From Occultella glacieicola (GTDB lineage: Bacteria > Actinomycetota > Actinomycetes > Actinomycetales > Beutenbergiaceae): 64,000 nucleotides of DNA. The DNA lies in contig NZ_SMNA01000007.1 in the NCBI RefSeq assembly GCF_004353825.1, forward strand, positions 248,001 through 312,000, written 5' to 3'. The translations under genes were made by a program, and so were the position numbers. Positions 29,884-39,226 of this stretch are shown here, one piece after another (position 1 is the stretch's first letter; each line of letters starts with the position of its first letter). The notes beneath the pieces are model-generated. The model made no database searches. It saw nothing but the letters and a program-made list of their open reading frames with translations, and was not told where the DNA came from.

Positions 29884-30870
29884 ATGCGTGAGGACGACGC
29901 CTTCCGGGCGGCCACGATGTACTACCTGCAGGACCAGACCATGGACGTGATCGCCCGGACGCTCGGGGTGTCCCGCTCCACCGTGTCCCGGCTGATCAAG
30001 TCCGCCCGGGACGACGGCATGGTGCGGATCTCACTGCGTCCGCCGAGCAGCACCGGGTCCCAGCTCGGGCACCGGCTGGCTGCGACGTTCGGGATCAAGG
30101 CGCATGTGGTCTCCGTCCGGGAGAGCGCCTCGGAGGTGCACCGGCTCGAGCAGGTGGCGATGGTCGCAGCCGGCCTGATCTCCGAGTGGTTCTCCTCGGA
30201 CATGGTGCTCGGCGTGGCCTGGGGCACCACGGTCGCGGCGATCTCCCGCCACCTGAAGTCCTCGCCGAGCCGCGGCAGCGTGGTGGTGCAACTGAACGGC
30301 GCCGCGAACACCTACGCGAGCGGGGTCACCTACGCCAGCGACCTGATCGCCGCGATCGCCGCCGCGTTCGACTCCACGATGTACCACTTCCCGGTGCCCG
30401 CGTTCTTCGACTACCCGGAGACGAAGCGCCTGATGTGGCGCGAGCGAAGCGTGCAACGGGTGCTCGAGATGCAGCGTCGGGTCGACGTCGCGCTCTTCGG
30501 CGTCGGGGCCCTGTCGGCCGAGGTGCCCTCCCACGTGTACTCCTCCGGATATCTTGACGACGCCGAGATCGCCTCCCTCGTCGACGACCGCGTGGTCGGC
30601 GACGTGTGCACAGTCTTCCTGCGCGGGGACGGCAGCTTCCGGGACATCGAGATCAACGCCCGGGCCACCGGGCCGACCCCGCGGGAGCTGCGCACGATCA
30701 AACGCCGCGTGTGCGTCGTGGTCGGCGAGGCGAAGGGTCACGCGCTGCTCGGGGCGCTCCGGGCCAGGGTCGTGACGGACCTGATCACCGATGAGACCAC
30801 GGCCCGATATGTCCTGGGCCTGTTGCGCGGCGCGCCCGGCTCGCCCGCGGGTGGCAGGCTGGGGCCGTGA
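29884..30870 (+). CDS. SorC/DeoR-type sugar-binding regulator of glp genes
   Basis: MYYLQDQT..IARTLGVSRSTVSR, GVAWGTT, LITDE; divergent from glpD. Confidence 0.88.
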   Translation: MREDDAFRAATMYYLQDQTMDVIARTLGVSRSTVSRLIKSARDDGMVRISLRPPSSTGSQLGHRLAATFGIKAHVVSVRESASEVHRLEQVAMVAAGLISEWFSSDMVLGVAWGTTVAAISRHLKSSPSRGSVVVQLNGAANTYASGVTYASDLIAAIAAAFDSTMYHFPVPAFFDYPETKRLMWRERSVQRVLEMQRRVDVALFGVGALSAEVPSHVYSSGYLDDAEIASLVDDRVVGDVCTVFLRGDGSFRDIEINARATGPTPRELRTIKRRVCVVVGEAKGHALLGALRARVVTDLITDETTARYVLGLLRGAPGSPAGGRLGP

Positions 30871-31463
30871 TTCCCGATGGCACCGACAGCATCGACAACA
30901 CCGGCGCGACCGCCCACCCCGGGCCGGTCGGCGAGTCCGAGGTACGGATCCGGCCGGCGCTCCCGCGGGACGTGCCGACGATCCGGAGCCTGGTCGAGCC
31001 ATACGCCGAGCGCCGGATCCTGCTCGCGAAGGACCTGGTCGGCTACTACGAGGGCGTCCAGGAGTTCCTGGTGGCGCAGGTCGGCACGGACGTGGTCGGT
31101 TGCGGCGCCCTGCACGTGATGTGGGAGGACCTCGCCGAGGTGCGCACGCTCGCGGTGCACGAGGGCAGCCGTGGCACCGGCATCGGACACCTCATGCTCG
31201 AGGCGCTCCTGGCCCGGGCCCGCGACCTCGGCCTCACGCGCGTCTTCTGCCTGACGTTCGAGGTGGACTTCTTCACCCGGCACGGGTTCGCGCCGATCGT
31301 CGGTGACGTGGTCGACGAGCGTGTGTTCCACGAACTGCTGCTCTCCCGCGACGACGGCATCGCCGAGTTCCTCGACCTGGCCAGGGTGAAGCCGAACACG
31401 CTCGGCAACACCCGCATGCTGAAGGTCCTGGACCGGCCCGACGGCGCCGCCGCGGCGTCGTAG
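30867..31463 (+). CDS. argA: Amino-acid N-acetyltransferase (short GNAT ArgA)
   Basis: GCGALHVMWEDLAEVRTLAV, FCLTFEVDFF, AEFLDL..VKPNTLGNTRM. Confidence 0.85.
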   Translation: MIPDGTDSIDNTGATAHPGPVGESEVRIRPALPRDVPTIRSLVEPYAERRILLAKDLVGYYEGVQEFLVAQVGTDVVGCGALHVMWEDLAEVRTLAVHEGSRGTGIGHLMLEALLARARDLGLTRVFCLTFEVDFFTRHGFAPIVGDVVDERVFHELLLSRDDGIAEFLDLARVKPNTLGNTRMLKVLDRPDGAAAAS

Positions 31464-31487
31464 GTGCCGCACCGGGGCGCGGGCTGC

Positions 31488-32036
31488 TCAGGCGCGCGAC
31501 ATCGGCGCGAGCAGCACCCTGACCCGCACGATCGCCAGGACGACCGCGACCTGGAGGGTCAGGACGGCTCCGACCGCGGCGCCGAGCAGGCCGGCCGGGG
31601 CGGCGATCGCCCAGGCCGCGACGCCGACGACCGCGGCGGCCACCACGACCCGGAGCAGGATCGCGAGCCGGCGCGCGGTGTGCTCGACGGTTCGGGTCGG
31701 CAGGTGGCTGCGCGCTGCTCCGCGCGAGTCGGGGCTGCCGGGCTCACCGACCCCGCGCAGGATCGTGGCCAGGCCCAGCCCCGCCACCACCGCGCCGGTG
31801 ATCGCGAGCAGTTGGCCGGCCCCGAGGAGCGTGAGCCCGGCGATCATCGGCAGGTCCCGGCCCTGCTGACCCGCCATGCTGAGAGCACCGGCGCCGATGA
31901 GGCCCAGCACCAGGGCCACCGCACACATCGCGAGCAGGGTCCGGGTGTGGGCCTGTACGGCACGTGAGATCACCACGTCCGCCGGGGTCCCGACGGGCGC
32001 CGATCCCGATTCCGGCGCCGGAGATGGGGAGGTCAC
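31488..32036 (-). CDS. Hypothetical membrane protein (about 4 TM)
   Basis: Four hydrophobic segments; start approximate. Confidence 0.6.
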   Translation of the reverse strand: MTSPSPAPESGSAPVGTPADVVISRAVQAHTRTLLAMCAVALVLGLIGAGALSMAGQQGRDLPMIAGLTLLGAGQLLAITGAVVAGLGLATILRGVGEPGSPDSRGAARSHLPTRTVEHTARRLAILLRVVVAAAVVGVAAWAIAAPAGLLGAAVGAVLTLQVAVVLAIVRVRVLLAPMSRA

Positions 32037-32122
32037 GACATCCGAGCCTACCGGCCGCGTGTCCGGCTGCCCCGTCCCGCGATCGGAGGGCCTCCACCGG
32101 AGGCTCGCGGGCGCGGGAGTCC

Positions 32123-33097
32123 TCAGGTGAGCGGCAGCGCGTAGCCCAGCACGACGCCGTCGGGCGCCGTCGTCGCCGCGACCAGCCCGTCCGTGAGCAG
32201 CCCCGCCAGGGCCCGCTCGTACTGCGGGCCCGGCTCCCAGGCCCGGGCCAGGTCCGTCGGCGTCACCGGGCCGGTCGCCTGCCGCACCATCGCCAGGATC
32301 CGACCCCGGGCCTGGCGATCCGTGCCGTGCCAGGCCTGGGTCCGCCGGTTCGAGGCATGGGCGTCGGCCGGGCGTCCGGCGAGCAGCCAGGCACACTCGG
32401 TCCGCACCGGGCAGGCGGAACAGGACGGGGCGCGGGCCGTGCAGACCAGCGCACCGAGTTCCATCAGCGCCGCGTTCCACCGCGCCGACTCCTCGTCGCC
32501 GTCCGGCAGCAGGGCGCGGGCGCGTTCGGACTCGGCCACCACCTGGGTCGGCGGCGGTAGCGCGCGCCCGCCGACCAGCCGGGCCAGAACGCGGCGCACG
32601 TTCGTGTCCAGCACGACGGCACGGCGGCGGTACGCGAAGGCCGTCACCGCGGCCGCGGTGTAGGTGCCGACGCCGGGCAGGGCGAGCAGGTCCGCCATCC
32701 CAGTGGGGACCAGGCCGCCGTGGTCGCGGCTGATCGCGGCCGCCGCCTCCCGCAGCCGCAGGGCCCGGCGGGGGTAGCCGAGCCGGTCCCAGGCCCGCAG
32801 CACGTCCGCTGGGCTGGCGGCGGCCAGGTCGGCCGGGGACGGCCACCGTGCCATCCAGTCCCGCCACCTCGGCTCCACCCGGGCGACCGGGGTCTGCTGC
32901 AGCATGATCTCGCTGACCAGCACGCCCCAGGCGCCGGTCGCCGGGTCACGCCAGGGCAGGTCCCTGGCCTCGGCGGCGAACCAGTCGAGCAACGCCGTGT
33001 GCAGATCGGACGCCGACGAACCAGGCACGTGCCGGCGCGTCCGGATGGGAGCGGCACCATGAGCAGCGACGTCGCCGAGGTCCACCGGTGTCGTCAT
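32123..33097 (-). CDS. mutY: A/G-specific adenine glycosylase
   Basis: VSEIMLQQT, LGYPRRA, HhH LPGVGTYTA, DTNVRRV, C-x6-C-x2-C-x5-C Fe-S motif. Confidence 0.93.
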   Translation of the reverse strand: MTTPVDLGDVAAHGAAPIRTRRHVPGSSASDLHTALLDWFAAEARDLPWRDPATGAWGVLVSEIMLQQTPVARVEPRWRDWMARWPSPADLAAASPADVLRAWDRLGYPRRALRLREAAAAISRDHGGLVPTGMADLLALPGVGTYTAAAVTAFAYRRRAVVLDTNVRRVLARLVGGRALPPPTQVVAESERARALLPDGDEESARWNAALMELGALVCTARAPSCSACPVRTECAWLLAGRPADAHASNRRTQAWHGTDRQARGRILAMVRQATGPVTPTDLARAWEPGPQYERALAGLLTDGLVAATTAPDGVVLGYALPLT

Positions 33098-33252
33098 GGC
33101 ACCAAGCCTAGGTTGATCGGCCTCAGCGGGTTCGCTCCGCCCGGCGAACCCGAACCGCGGCGTCGACCGAGCCCGTTTCCGGCCAGCGAGCCCTTCGCGC
33201 GGCGCTCGGTCGGTCGGGCCGTGCTCGGTCGGCGGGGCGCCCGAGTGCTGCA

Positions 33253-34050
33253 TCAGCCGCGGCGCCGCCCGGAACCGCCGCGCCGCCGACCGGTGGACCC
33301 GCGCGCGCCACCCTTGCCGCGTCGCCCACCGGGGGGAGTGCGCTGTTTCCTGCCGGACGTCGCACCCCGCTCTGCGGCGCCGGCTGCGGGGGAGGCACCG
33401 CCGTCGGGCTCGGTCCGGCGACCGCGCGAGGAGTTCACGGTCCGCCCACGGACGATGCCGACGAGGTCCTCCACCTGGTCGGTGGTGCGCTCGCTGACCC
33501 AGGTGAGCTGCACCGGCGCCAGGGGGCCGCCGTCGAACGTCCGGTGGGTCACGTCCTTGCGGTGGTGCAGCCGGGCCAGTGATTTCGGCACGATGAGCAC
33601 CCCGATGCCCGCGGCCACGAGCTCCACGGCGGCCGCGGTCGTGGCGGGCCGGTCGCGGGCACCGATCCCGGGCAGGCCGGCCGGGTCCGCGAACAGGACG
33701 TCGTCGAGCGGATGGAGGACGACCTGTTCGGCGAGGTCCGAGGCGGTCACGGGCTCGTCGGTGTCGAGGGCGGCGAACAGGTGGTCGCGGGCGACCACGA
33801 CCACCGGGACCTCCTCGTACACCGTGATGGCGCTGAACCTCGCGCCGTCGAGCGGCGGGCGGGCCAGGGCGGCGTCCGCGCGTCCGGCGACCAGGTCGTC
33901 GGCGGCCCTCGCCGCGTCCAGCGGCACGAGGGTCAGTGGGATCCGGTGCCGCTCCCGCCAGATCGTGGCCCACTTGGCAGGGGTGACCCCGGGAACGTAG
34001 CCGAGCCGGAAGCCCGGGACCGCCGCGGGTTCGTCGGGTCCGGCCTCCAT
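33253..34050 (-). CDS. Stand-alone LysR substrate-binding domain protein
   Basis: FRLGYVPGVTPAKW, VAAGIGVLIVP, GRTVNSSR; no HTH. Confidence 0.8.
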   Translation of the reverse strand: MEAGPDEPAAVPGFRLGYVPGVTPAKWATIWRERHRIPLTLVPLDAARAADDLVAGRADAALARPPLDGARFSAITVYEEVPVVVVARDHLFAALDTDEPVTASDLAEQVVLHPLDDVLFADPAGLPGIGARDRPATTAAAVELVAAGIGVLIVPKSLARLHHRKDVTHRTFDGGPLAPVQLTWVSERTTDQVEDLVGIVRGRTVNSSRGRRTEPDGGASPAAGAAERGATSGRKQRTPPGGRRGKGGARGSTGRRRGGSGRRRG

Positions 34051-34087
34051 CCGCTCACCCTAACGGTGAGGACCTACTCTGGTGCCC

Positions 34088-34462
34088 ATGAGTACCAAGG
34101 ACTCCTCCCAGACGATGAAGCCGACCACCGCGGCGAAGCGGCTCGGCATCTACCTGCCGGCGGCGCCGGAGGAGTTCCGGGCGTCCACACCCAGCCGGGC
34201 GGAGCTGGAGGATCTGGAGCGCAACCCCCCGGAGTGGTTGGTGGCGCTGCGTCGCAACGGCCCGCACCCGCGGCCCGTGGTGGCGGGCCGGCTCGGGGTC
34301 TCGATCAGCGGGCTCGCCCGCGGCGGGGTGAGCGAGGCCCTCACCACCGAGCAGATCCAGGCCCTGCGCGACGACCCGCCGCAGTGGCTGGTGGCCGAGC
34401 GGGCGATCCAGGCCAAGGTCCGCGCCGAGGAGGAGCGGCTGCGCACCGAGCGCGCCGACTGA
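34088..34462 (+). CDS. DUF5997-like protein
   Basis: QTMKPTTAAKRLGIYLPA, NGPHPRPVVA; divergent partner of the LysR-domain gene. Confidence 0.75.
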   Translation: MSTKDSSQTMKPTTAAKRLGIYLPAAPEEFRASTPSRAELEDLERNPPEWLVALRRNGPHPRPVVAGRLGVSISGLARGGVSEALTTEQIQALRDDPPQWLVAERAIQAKVRAEEERLRTERAD

Positions 34463-34525
34463 GAAGCCCACCACACCCCGGAGAGCCTCGGCGGAGTTCG
34501 CCACGAGCGGCGTTACCGTCGGGTC

Positions 34526-35260
34526 GTGAGTACCCAGACGAGAGGTAGGAGCCCGAGGCAGCGACCCGCCCCGGCCGCCGGGTCCTCGAGATCGGGACGC
34601 CGGTCCCCGTCGGCGAAGAGCCAGTCGACCGCGCGGCCCGGACCGAGGCGGCCCAGCCGCGGCACCTACCTGCGCCGCCGCCTCGTGGTGCTGGTGCTCG
34701 CGGCCGCCGTGATCGGCGGGATCGCGTTCGGGGTGACCCGGTTCCTGCTGCCGGCGCTCACTGCGGGGGATCCGACGCCGTCGGCCTCGACCGACCCGGC
34801 CGATGGCACGACGCCCATCGAGCCCTCGTCCGGAACCCCGGACGAGGAGGCGCTGTCCAACCCGGTCGGCTGCCTGCCCGCGGCCGTCGGACTGACCCTG
34901 ACCCCCGCCGCGGCGAGTACCGCCGCCGGCGCCGGCCTCGGCGTGGCCGTCGAGATCGTCAACACGGGCCAGGTCCAGTGCCTGCTGGACGTGGGCGCCG
35001 GTGCCCTGACCCTGGACGTCTACTCCGGCGAGGACCGGGTCTGGTCCACCACCGACTGCCCGGCCGCGGCGGCCGCACTGCCGGTGCTGCTGGACTCCGG
35101 CGCCGGCGAGTCGGCCTCGTACACCTGGCCCGGGACCCGCAGCGCGGCCGGGTGCCCCGGCGGGCAGCCGGTCGCCGGGGCCGGGACCTACCGGCTCGTG
35201 CTGGGGCTGACCACCGACGGCGGTCCGGTCACGACCGAGCAGGCCTTCACCGTCTCCTGA
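34526..35260 (+). CDS. Membrane protein, Rv3587c-like
   Basis: YLRRRL plus TM helix, four Cys, RVWSTTDC; position next to disA. Confidence 0.7.
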   Translation: MSTQTRGRSPRQRPAPAAGSSRSGRRSPSAKSQSTARPGPRRPSRGTYLRRRLVVLVLAAAVIGGIAFGVTRFLLPALTAGDPTPSASTDPADGTTPIEPSSGTPDEEALSNPVGCLPAAVGLTLTPAAASTAAGAGLGVAVEIVNTGQVQCLLDVGAGALTLDVYSGEDRVWSTTDCPAAAAALPVLLDSGAGESASYTWPGTRSAAGCPGGQPVAGAGTYRLVLGLTTDGGPVTTEQAFTVS

Positions 35261-35269
35261 TCCGGCCGG

Positions 35270-36349
35270 TCAGACGAATCGTTCGAGCAGCGAGGACTCC
35301 GCCTGCCGGGACAGGCCCTCGCGGACGGCCCGGGCACGCTGGGTACCCACACCCTCGACCACCTCGAGGTCGTCGATGGTGGCCGAGAGCATCCGCTGGA
35401 GCGAGCCGAAGTGCTCCACCAGGGCCGTGACCACGGACATCGGCAGACGCGGCACCTTCGTCAGCATCCGGAAGCCGCGTGGGGCGATCGCCGAGTCCAG
35501 GGACTCGCCCTGGCGGCCGCCCACGCCGATCACCCGGGAGATCTGGGTGAGGTCGATCAGCTGGGTGGAGTCCAGTTCCGCGAGCGCGTCGAGCACGTCG
35601 TCGAGGGTGCGGGCGCTGCGCGGGTCGAGGTAGTCACGGACCACGAGCTCCAGGTCCGGCCCGATGCCGCCGATCAGTTCGTCGAACTGGAGGGCGAGCA
35701 GGCGCCCGTTCGTGCCGAGCTCGACGACGTAGTCCGAGATCTCCGCGGAGATCCGGCGCACCATCTCCAGCCGCTGGACCACGGCCGCGACGTCGCGCAC
35801 CGTCACCAGGTCCTCGATCTCGAGAGCGGAGAGGGTGCCGGAGACCTCGTCCAGGCGGGCCTTGTAGCGCTCCAGGGTGGCCAGGGCCTGGTTCGCCCGG
35901 GACAGGATCACGTCCGAGTCCTCGAGCACGTACCGGCTGCCGCCGACGTAGAGGGCGACGATCCGCATGGACTGGCTGACCGAGATCACCGGGAAGCCGG
36001 TCTGTTTGGCCGCCCGCTCGGCGGTCCGGTGCCGGGTGCCGGACTCGGTGGTCTCGATCGTGGAGTCCGGCAGCAGCTGCACCTGGGCCCGCACGATCCG
36101 GTTGCGGTTGTGGTCCACGACGATCGCGCCGTCCATCTTGGCCAGCTCTCGCAGCCGCGTGGAGGAGAAGTCCACGTCCAGTTCGAAGCCGCCGGAGCTG
36201 ATCTCCTCGACCACGGGGTTGTACCCGAGCACGATCAGGGCCCCGGTGCGCCCGCGCAGGATCCGCTCAAGGCCGTCCCGCAACTCGGTTCCCGGCGCGA
36301 CTGCGCGCAGGGTCTCCCGGAAGAGTTCGGGCAAGGCCACGTCAGCCAC
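35270..36349 (-). CDS. disA: DNA integrity scanning diadenylate cyclase
   Basis: APGTELRDG, KMDGA, GTRHRTA motifs, C-terminal HhH. Confidence 0.96.
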   Translation of the reverse strand: MADVALPELFRETLRAVAPGTELRDGLERILRGRTGALIVLGYNPVVEEISSGGFELDVDFSSTRLRELAKMDGAIVVDHNRNRIVRAQVQLLPDSTIETTESGTRHRTAERAAKQTGFPVISVSQSMRIVALYVGGSRYVLEDSDVILSRANQALATLERYKARLDEVSGTLSALEIEDLVTVRDVAAVVQRLEMVRRISAEISDYVVELGTNGRLLALQFDELIGGIGPDLELVVRDYLDPRSARTLDDVLDALAELDSTQLIDLTQISRVIGVGGRQGESLDSAIAPRGFRMLTKVPRLPMSVVTALVEHFGSLQRMLSATIDDLEVVEGVGTQRARAVREGLSRQAESSLLERFV

Positions 36350-36406
36350 TGTGGTTCCCCCAAGGAGGTTCGATCCGTTCCGCTGCCGACGCAGCCGGGG
36401 CCAACT

Positions 36407-37810
36407 CTACGCGAGTCGGATCGGGCGGCGCCGGACACCGAACTGGGCGGCCGTGATCGCCTGCAGGAGGTCCTCGGCGCGGACCACCTCGATGGCCGCC
36501 GGCGGCTCGCCCTCGAGATCCGTGGCGGCCGGGATGATCGCCCGGGAGAAGCCGAGGCGGGCCACCTCCGCGAGGCGCCGGCGGGTCCCGACGGCGGGGC
36601 GCAGGTCGCCCGCCAGGCCTACCTCGCCGATCGCGACCAGGCCGTCCACGAGCTCGAAGTCCTGCCGGGCGCTGACCACTGCGAGGGCGATGGCCAGGTC
36701 CGCGGCCGGTTCGATCGCCCGCGCGCCGCCGACCGTGGAGACGTAGATGTCCATGCCGGAGGTGTCGATGCCGGCCCGGGAGCCCAGGACGGCCAGGGTC
36801 ATCAGCACCCGCGAGGACTCCACCCCGGCCGTGGTGCGGCGTGGGTTCGGCATCACGGTGCGGTTGGTGAGCGCCTGGATCTCGGTCGGCATGGGCCGGC
36901 GCCCGTCAAGAGTGACGGTGACGCAGGTGCCCGGCACCGGGTCCCGCTTCCCGGACAGGAACAGCCCGCTCGGATCCGCCAGCGAGTGGATGCCCGTCTC
37001 GGTGAGGCTGAAGCAGCCGACCTCGTCGGTGGTGCCGTACCGGTTCTTCACGGCCCGTACCATCCGCAGTTCGGCGTGCTTGTCCCCCTCGAACTGGCAG
37101 ACCACGTCCACCAGGTGTTCCAGGACCCGCGGCCCGGCGATCGACCCGTCCTTGGTCACGTGGCCCACCAGGATCACCGGCGTGGCCGTGCGCTTGGCCA
37201 CCGCGATCAGTGCCGCCGCCACCTCCCGCACCTGGGACACGCCGCCCGCGGAACCGTCCACCTGCGCGGACGCGATCGTCTGGACCGAGTCGATGACGAG
37301 CAGGTCGGGGGTGTGCGCCTCGATGTGCCCGAGCACCGTACCGAGGTCGGTCTCGGCGGCCAGCAGGAGGCCGGGACGGATCGCACCGATGCGTTCGGCG
37401 CGCAACCGGACCTGACTCGCCGACTCCTCACCGGTGACGTAGAGGACCTTCGACCCGGCCTCCGCCGTGCGGGCCGCCACGTCCAGCAGCAGGGTCGACT
37501 TGCCCACCCCTGGTTCGCCGGCGAGCAGCACCACGGCCCCGGGCACGATCCCGCCGCCGAGGACCCGGTCGAACTCCCCGACGCCGGTCGGCCGGTACCG
37601 GGCCTCCTCCGCGTCCACGTCCGCGATCGGCTGCGCCGGACTCCGCAACGGCGCGGCGACGGCGGTCCGCGGGCCGGTCGCGACGGCGCCGGCCTCCACC
37701 ACCGTGCCCCAGGCCTGGCACTCACCGCATCGGCCCACCCACTTCGCCGTGGTCCAGCCGCACTCGGTGCAGCGGTGGACGGGACGCTGGGCGCGGGCGG
37801 TCGAACTCAT
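36407..37810 (-). CDS. radA: DNA repair protein RadA/Sms
   Basis: C4 Zn finger, Walker A GEPGVGKS, KNRYG motif. Confidence 0.97.
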   Translation of the reverse strand: MSSTARAQRPVHRCTECGWTTAKWVGRCGECQAWGTVVEAGAVATGPRTAVAAPLRSPAQPIADVDAEEARYRPTGVGEFDRVLGGGIVPGAVVLLAGEPGVGKSTLLLDVAARTAEAGSKVLYVTGEESASQVRLRAERIGAIRPGLLLAAETDLGTVLGHIEAHTPDLLVIDSVQTIASAQVDGSAGGVSQVREVAAALIAVAKRTATPVILVGHVTKDGSIAGPRVLEHLVDVVCQFEGDKHAELRMVRAVKNRYGTTDEVGCFSLTETGIHSLADPSGLFLSGKRDPVPGTCVTVTLDGRRPMPTEIQALTNRTVMPNPRRTTAGVESSRVLMTLAVLGSRAGIDTSGMDIYVSTVGGARAIEPAADLAIALAVVSARQDFELVDGLVAIGEVGLAGDLRPAVGTRRRLAEVARLGFSRAIIPAATDLEGEPPAAIEVVRAEDLLQAITAAQFGVRRRPIRLA

Positions 37811-37959
37811 GCATCCGACGGTAGCGCCCGGTCACGACAATCCGCCGTCAGCGACGCGGCGCTGTGCACCGCCGCGCCGGGCAGGCATCGGCACCGACGC
37901 ACTCGCCCACTGGCGCGTCGCGCGAGACGTCGCCGCGGACCCCGCGATAGTGTGGGGAC

Positions 37960-38132
37960 CGCTCTTCCGGCGTGGCCTACGCCGAACCTCCTCGGGTCGA
38001 CCCCAGCTCGGTCCACTGCACAGTTGCGCACCGGAGGCAAAGGGACTCGGTCTCAGGTCGCCGTCGTCGGACACTCTGACGCCGTGCACCGGGCACCGCT
38101 GGGGGGACCGGGGCAGGGCACCGGAGTTGGAT
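37960..38132 (+). ncRNA. Candidate structured cis-regulatory leader RNA
   Basis: TAGTGT -10 at 37948; long interrupted stem 37987-38007/38098-38117, hairpins 37968-37984 and 38065-38081. Confidence 0.4.
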
Positions 38133-39158
38133 ATGACGACCGACCGAGCACTCAAGAACAAGATCCGGGACCGGGCCGCACGCACCGGCGAGTCCTACAC
38201 GGCCGCGCGCCGGCACCTCGTCCGCGACGAGGCGCAGTCCCGCGAGCGCCACGGTGCCCAACCCGACCAACCCGACCAACCCGACCAACACGTCCAGCCG
38301 GACGGTCCGTCGGTGCGGCTGGCGACCGCCCAGACCACGCCGCGCGAGGACCCGGGCGACGCCGCCGCCTTCGCCGCGGCCGGCGACGAGGTGGTGGCGT
38401 TGATCGACGACGCGGCGCGGTTGGAGGCGAGACTGCTGCACCTGCCGGAGGCGGCCCTGTGCTTCCCCTCGAAGTGGCTGCTCTCCAGTGTTCCGGGGGA
38501 GGTCGCCGAGGCGGACTGGACGAAGTTCGCCTGGGACGCTCAGGACCTGGCCCTCACGCGGATCCGGGCCCGGGCCGCGGACCGGGGCGTGTGGGTGGTG
38601 CTCGGTGCCGTCACCCACGGCGGGGCCGACACAGCGCGACCGCACCTGAGCCTGCTCGTCATCGACCCGACCGGGCGGATCCACACGACCTACCAGGAGC
38701 GGCTGCTGTCCCGGACCAAGGCGTCCTACCTCTACGAGGCCGGCACCCGCTCGACCCTCTTCGAGGTCGACGGCGTCAGGTTCGGGTGCACCTCCGGCCT
38801 GGAGATCCTGTTCCCGGAGGTGTACGGCGACTACCAGGCCCTCGGAGCCGACTGTGTCCTGTACTCCACCGCCGGGCCGGGCGAGCCCGAGGCCGCCGGC
38901 ACCCTGGCCTCGTCGGCGCTGGTGGCGGCACGCCACGACGGGCTGTGGATCAGTTACGCCGTGCACAGCGACAAGGCGGCGCACGAGCCGGCGGGCCTGA
39001 TCGACCCGAACGGGAGCTGGCGGGCGCGGTGTGAGGCCGTCGACGCGCCGGGGCTCACCGTCGCCACGGTGACGGCGCGGCCGGAGGACGGGGCCCGGCA
39101 GTGGCACCGCTGGACGTCGCAGGCCTACCGCGCGGGCCGGTCCGAGGCGGGTGTCTGA
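38133..39158 (+). CDS. Carbon-nitrogen hydrolase-fold protein with basic N-terminal 'TGESYTAARR' module
   Basis: GGAG RBS; LHLPEAAL, LLVIDPTG, FEVDGVRFG..LEILFPE, GADCVLYS, GLIDPNG nitrilase-fold motifs. Confidence 0.8.
   Translation: MTTDRALKNKIRDRAARTGESYTAARRHLVRDEAQSRERHGAQPDQPDQPDQHVQPDGPSVRLATAQTTPREDPGDAAAFAAAGDEVVALIDDAARLEARLLHLPEAALCFPSKWLLSSVPGEVAEADWTKFAWDAQDLALTRIRARAADRGVWVVLGAVTHGGADTARPHLSLLVIDPTGRIHTTYQERLLSRTKASYLYEAGTRSTLFEVDGVRFGCTSGLEILFPEVYGDYQALGADCVLYSTAGPGEPEAAGTLASSALVAARHDGLWISYAVHSDKAAHEPAGLIDPNGSWRARCEAVDAPGLTVATVTARPEDGARQWHRWTSQAYRAGRSEAGV
38259..38289 (+). repeat. 9-bp tandem repeat (CAACCCGAC x3.4) encoding a QPD linker
   Basis: Visible directly between the two domains. 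Confidence 0.85.
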
Positions 39159-39226
39159 CCCATGGGTGGGCCCGGCCCGGGCAGAAGTGGCCCTAGTCTG
39201 GTCCGGACCTACCCGAAGGGACGTTC

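Noticed and set aside
35270..36349. Cyclic-nucleotide anti-phage (CBASS-like) system
   Set aside because: Canonical housekeeping DisA in the radA-disA operon, with no effector genes nearby.
35411..39034. 1207-aa plus-strand ORF and other very long ORFs (1758-4481, 27024-29858, 56556-59405, 60896-63403)
   Set aside because: Antisense or alternative-frame shadows of well-supported genes in high-GC DNA; low-complexity Arg/Gly/Pro translation without motifs.
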